A stretch of 64,000 bases of DNA from Pecten maximus. Lineage: Eukaryota. The notes beneath the pieces are model-generated. The model searched no databases. It was given only the letters and a program-made list of their open reading frames with translations, and had not been told where the DNA came from. Below, in pieces: positions 63,001-64,000 of this stretch. Numbering within the stretch: position 1 is the stretch's first letter; every line of letters begins with the position of its first letter. The stretch spans positions 11,160,001 to 11,224,000 of the forward strand of contig NC_047017.1 in NCBI RefSeq assembly GCF_902652985.1. The letters are read 5' to 3'. The position numbers and the translations under genes were made by a program.

Positions 63001-64000
63001 TCACTCTAGAATCTTAAAATCATATTTTATTCAGGCCTGTTAGTAAACCAAAATTATTTTATCATTTTTTTTCCAGCGTTTAAGCTCCCCTCTTTGCCAA
63101 TTAAGTTGTGCAATATCCTATAGATATCGACACCTTAGAACATTCAAAGAGGTAAAGTCCTGCATGGTTTCACATGGATATTGTCCTCGTACGCATTGGA
63201 CTTTTGCAATGACGTCACAATTACTGTCATTCACCATGAATGCAAGAAAAATAGCAATCCAACCAGTACATTGATATTAGCTATTAATGCATTCTACTAT
63301 ATATATTGTCGTAAAGGCACCAAAAACATGATTATATAACATATACCAGTAAACATGAGATACATCGATACTACTTAACACATTTACATGCATAGTGTCG
63401 AAACCACACTGCTCTCCTAAAACGTAACCTCAGTACCATCACAAAAGCTTCTGGATAAATATTGTTTACTGCTTAAGCGGCATTAACATAAAACCATTAC
63501 TTGAATTATATTGCGCAACTTTTAATTACTTCCTAAGATGCAGAAACCCATTCTACAAACATGTAATACAAGATATATTTGAAAAAAAAATGCTCGCATC
63601 ATACCATGCATAGCAAATTTAGCATATAGGTATTGATACTGTCCGTGAGTATTAGCACATTCAGCAGGGAATGGAATTAAATACTATCGACAGTTATGTC
63701 ACCGAAACATTCCCTCTACCCCAGTTACCGATTCCCGGCGCTTATTAATCCGCTGAGCCTATTTTTTTCACTGCTTTTACGCTAATTTTTACAAAGGGAT
63801 CGCGAGATGTAAATATACAAAATTAGTAAACAAAAATCAAATCCTATATCGAACGTTAACGTTCCGGTTTACGCTGTTTTCTGTTTCACAATTTACATTT
63901 AACCAGTCTCCTGATTTAACTGTATTATTTATGCAGTCATGCAAAAAGTAAATGTAACTTGGGGGAAAAAAGTACACGGTATCAGAGATCTGTATATATG

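Overview
AT-rich, intron-containing metazoan DNA. The repeat families and motif usage suggest a bivalve mollusc (inference). Three spliced protein-coding genes were reconstructed by hand: (1) the 3' part of WDR20/DMWD (+; exons 2953-4242, 5477-5522, 8253-8269); (2) a complete 3-exon, 210-aa atypical Cdc42/RhoU-like Rho GTPase (-; 28985-22543) with Ile at the Phe28 position and a CAAX-less C-terminus (STIV); (3) a complete 8-exon, ~242-aa MED6 (-; 59455-45563). The rest is minisatellite arrays, Helentron-type non-autonomous elements, a MetaSINE and a decayed CR1-type LINE. Most notable observations: two ~0.4-kb non-autonomous LTR elements with tRNA-derived sequence inside their LTRs (TG..CA ends, PBS-like TGG, PPT, perfect 4-bp TSDs) in MED6 intron 1; 16-33 bp CAG(A/G)GAC hairpins with 7-bp TSDs that look like P-type transposon excision footprints, one of them directly beside a 926-bp parent-type element; tandem arrays that copy MED6 exon ends plus splice donors (about 40 extra perfect donors in one intron); and a 142-codon in-frame ORF starting immediately after the Rho TGA-TGA stop. 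All coordinates were read by eye and no searches were run.
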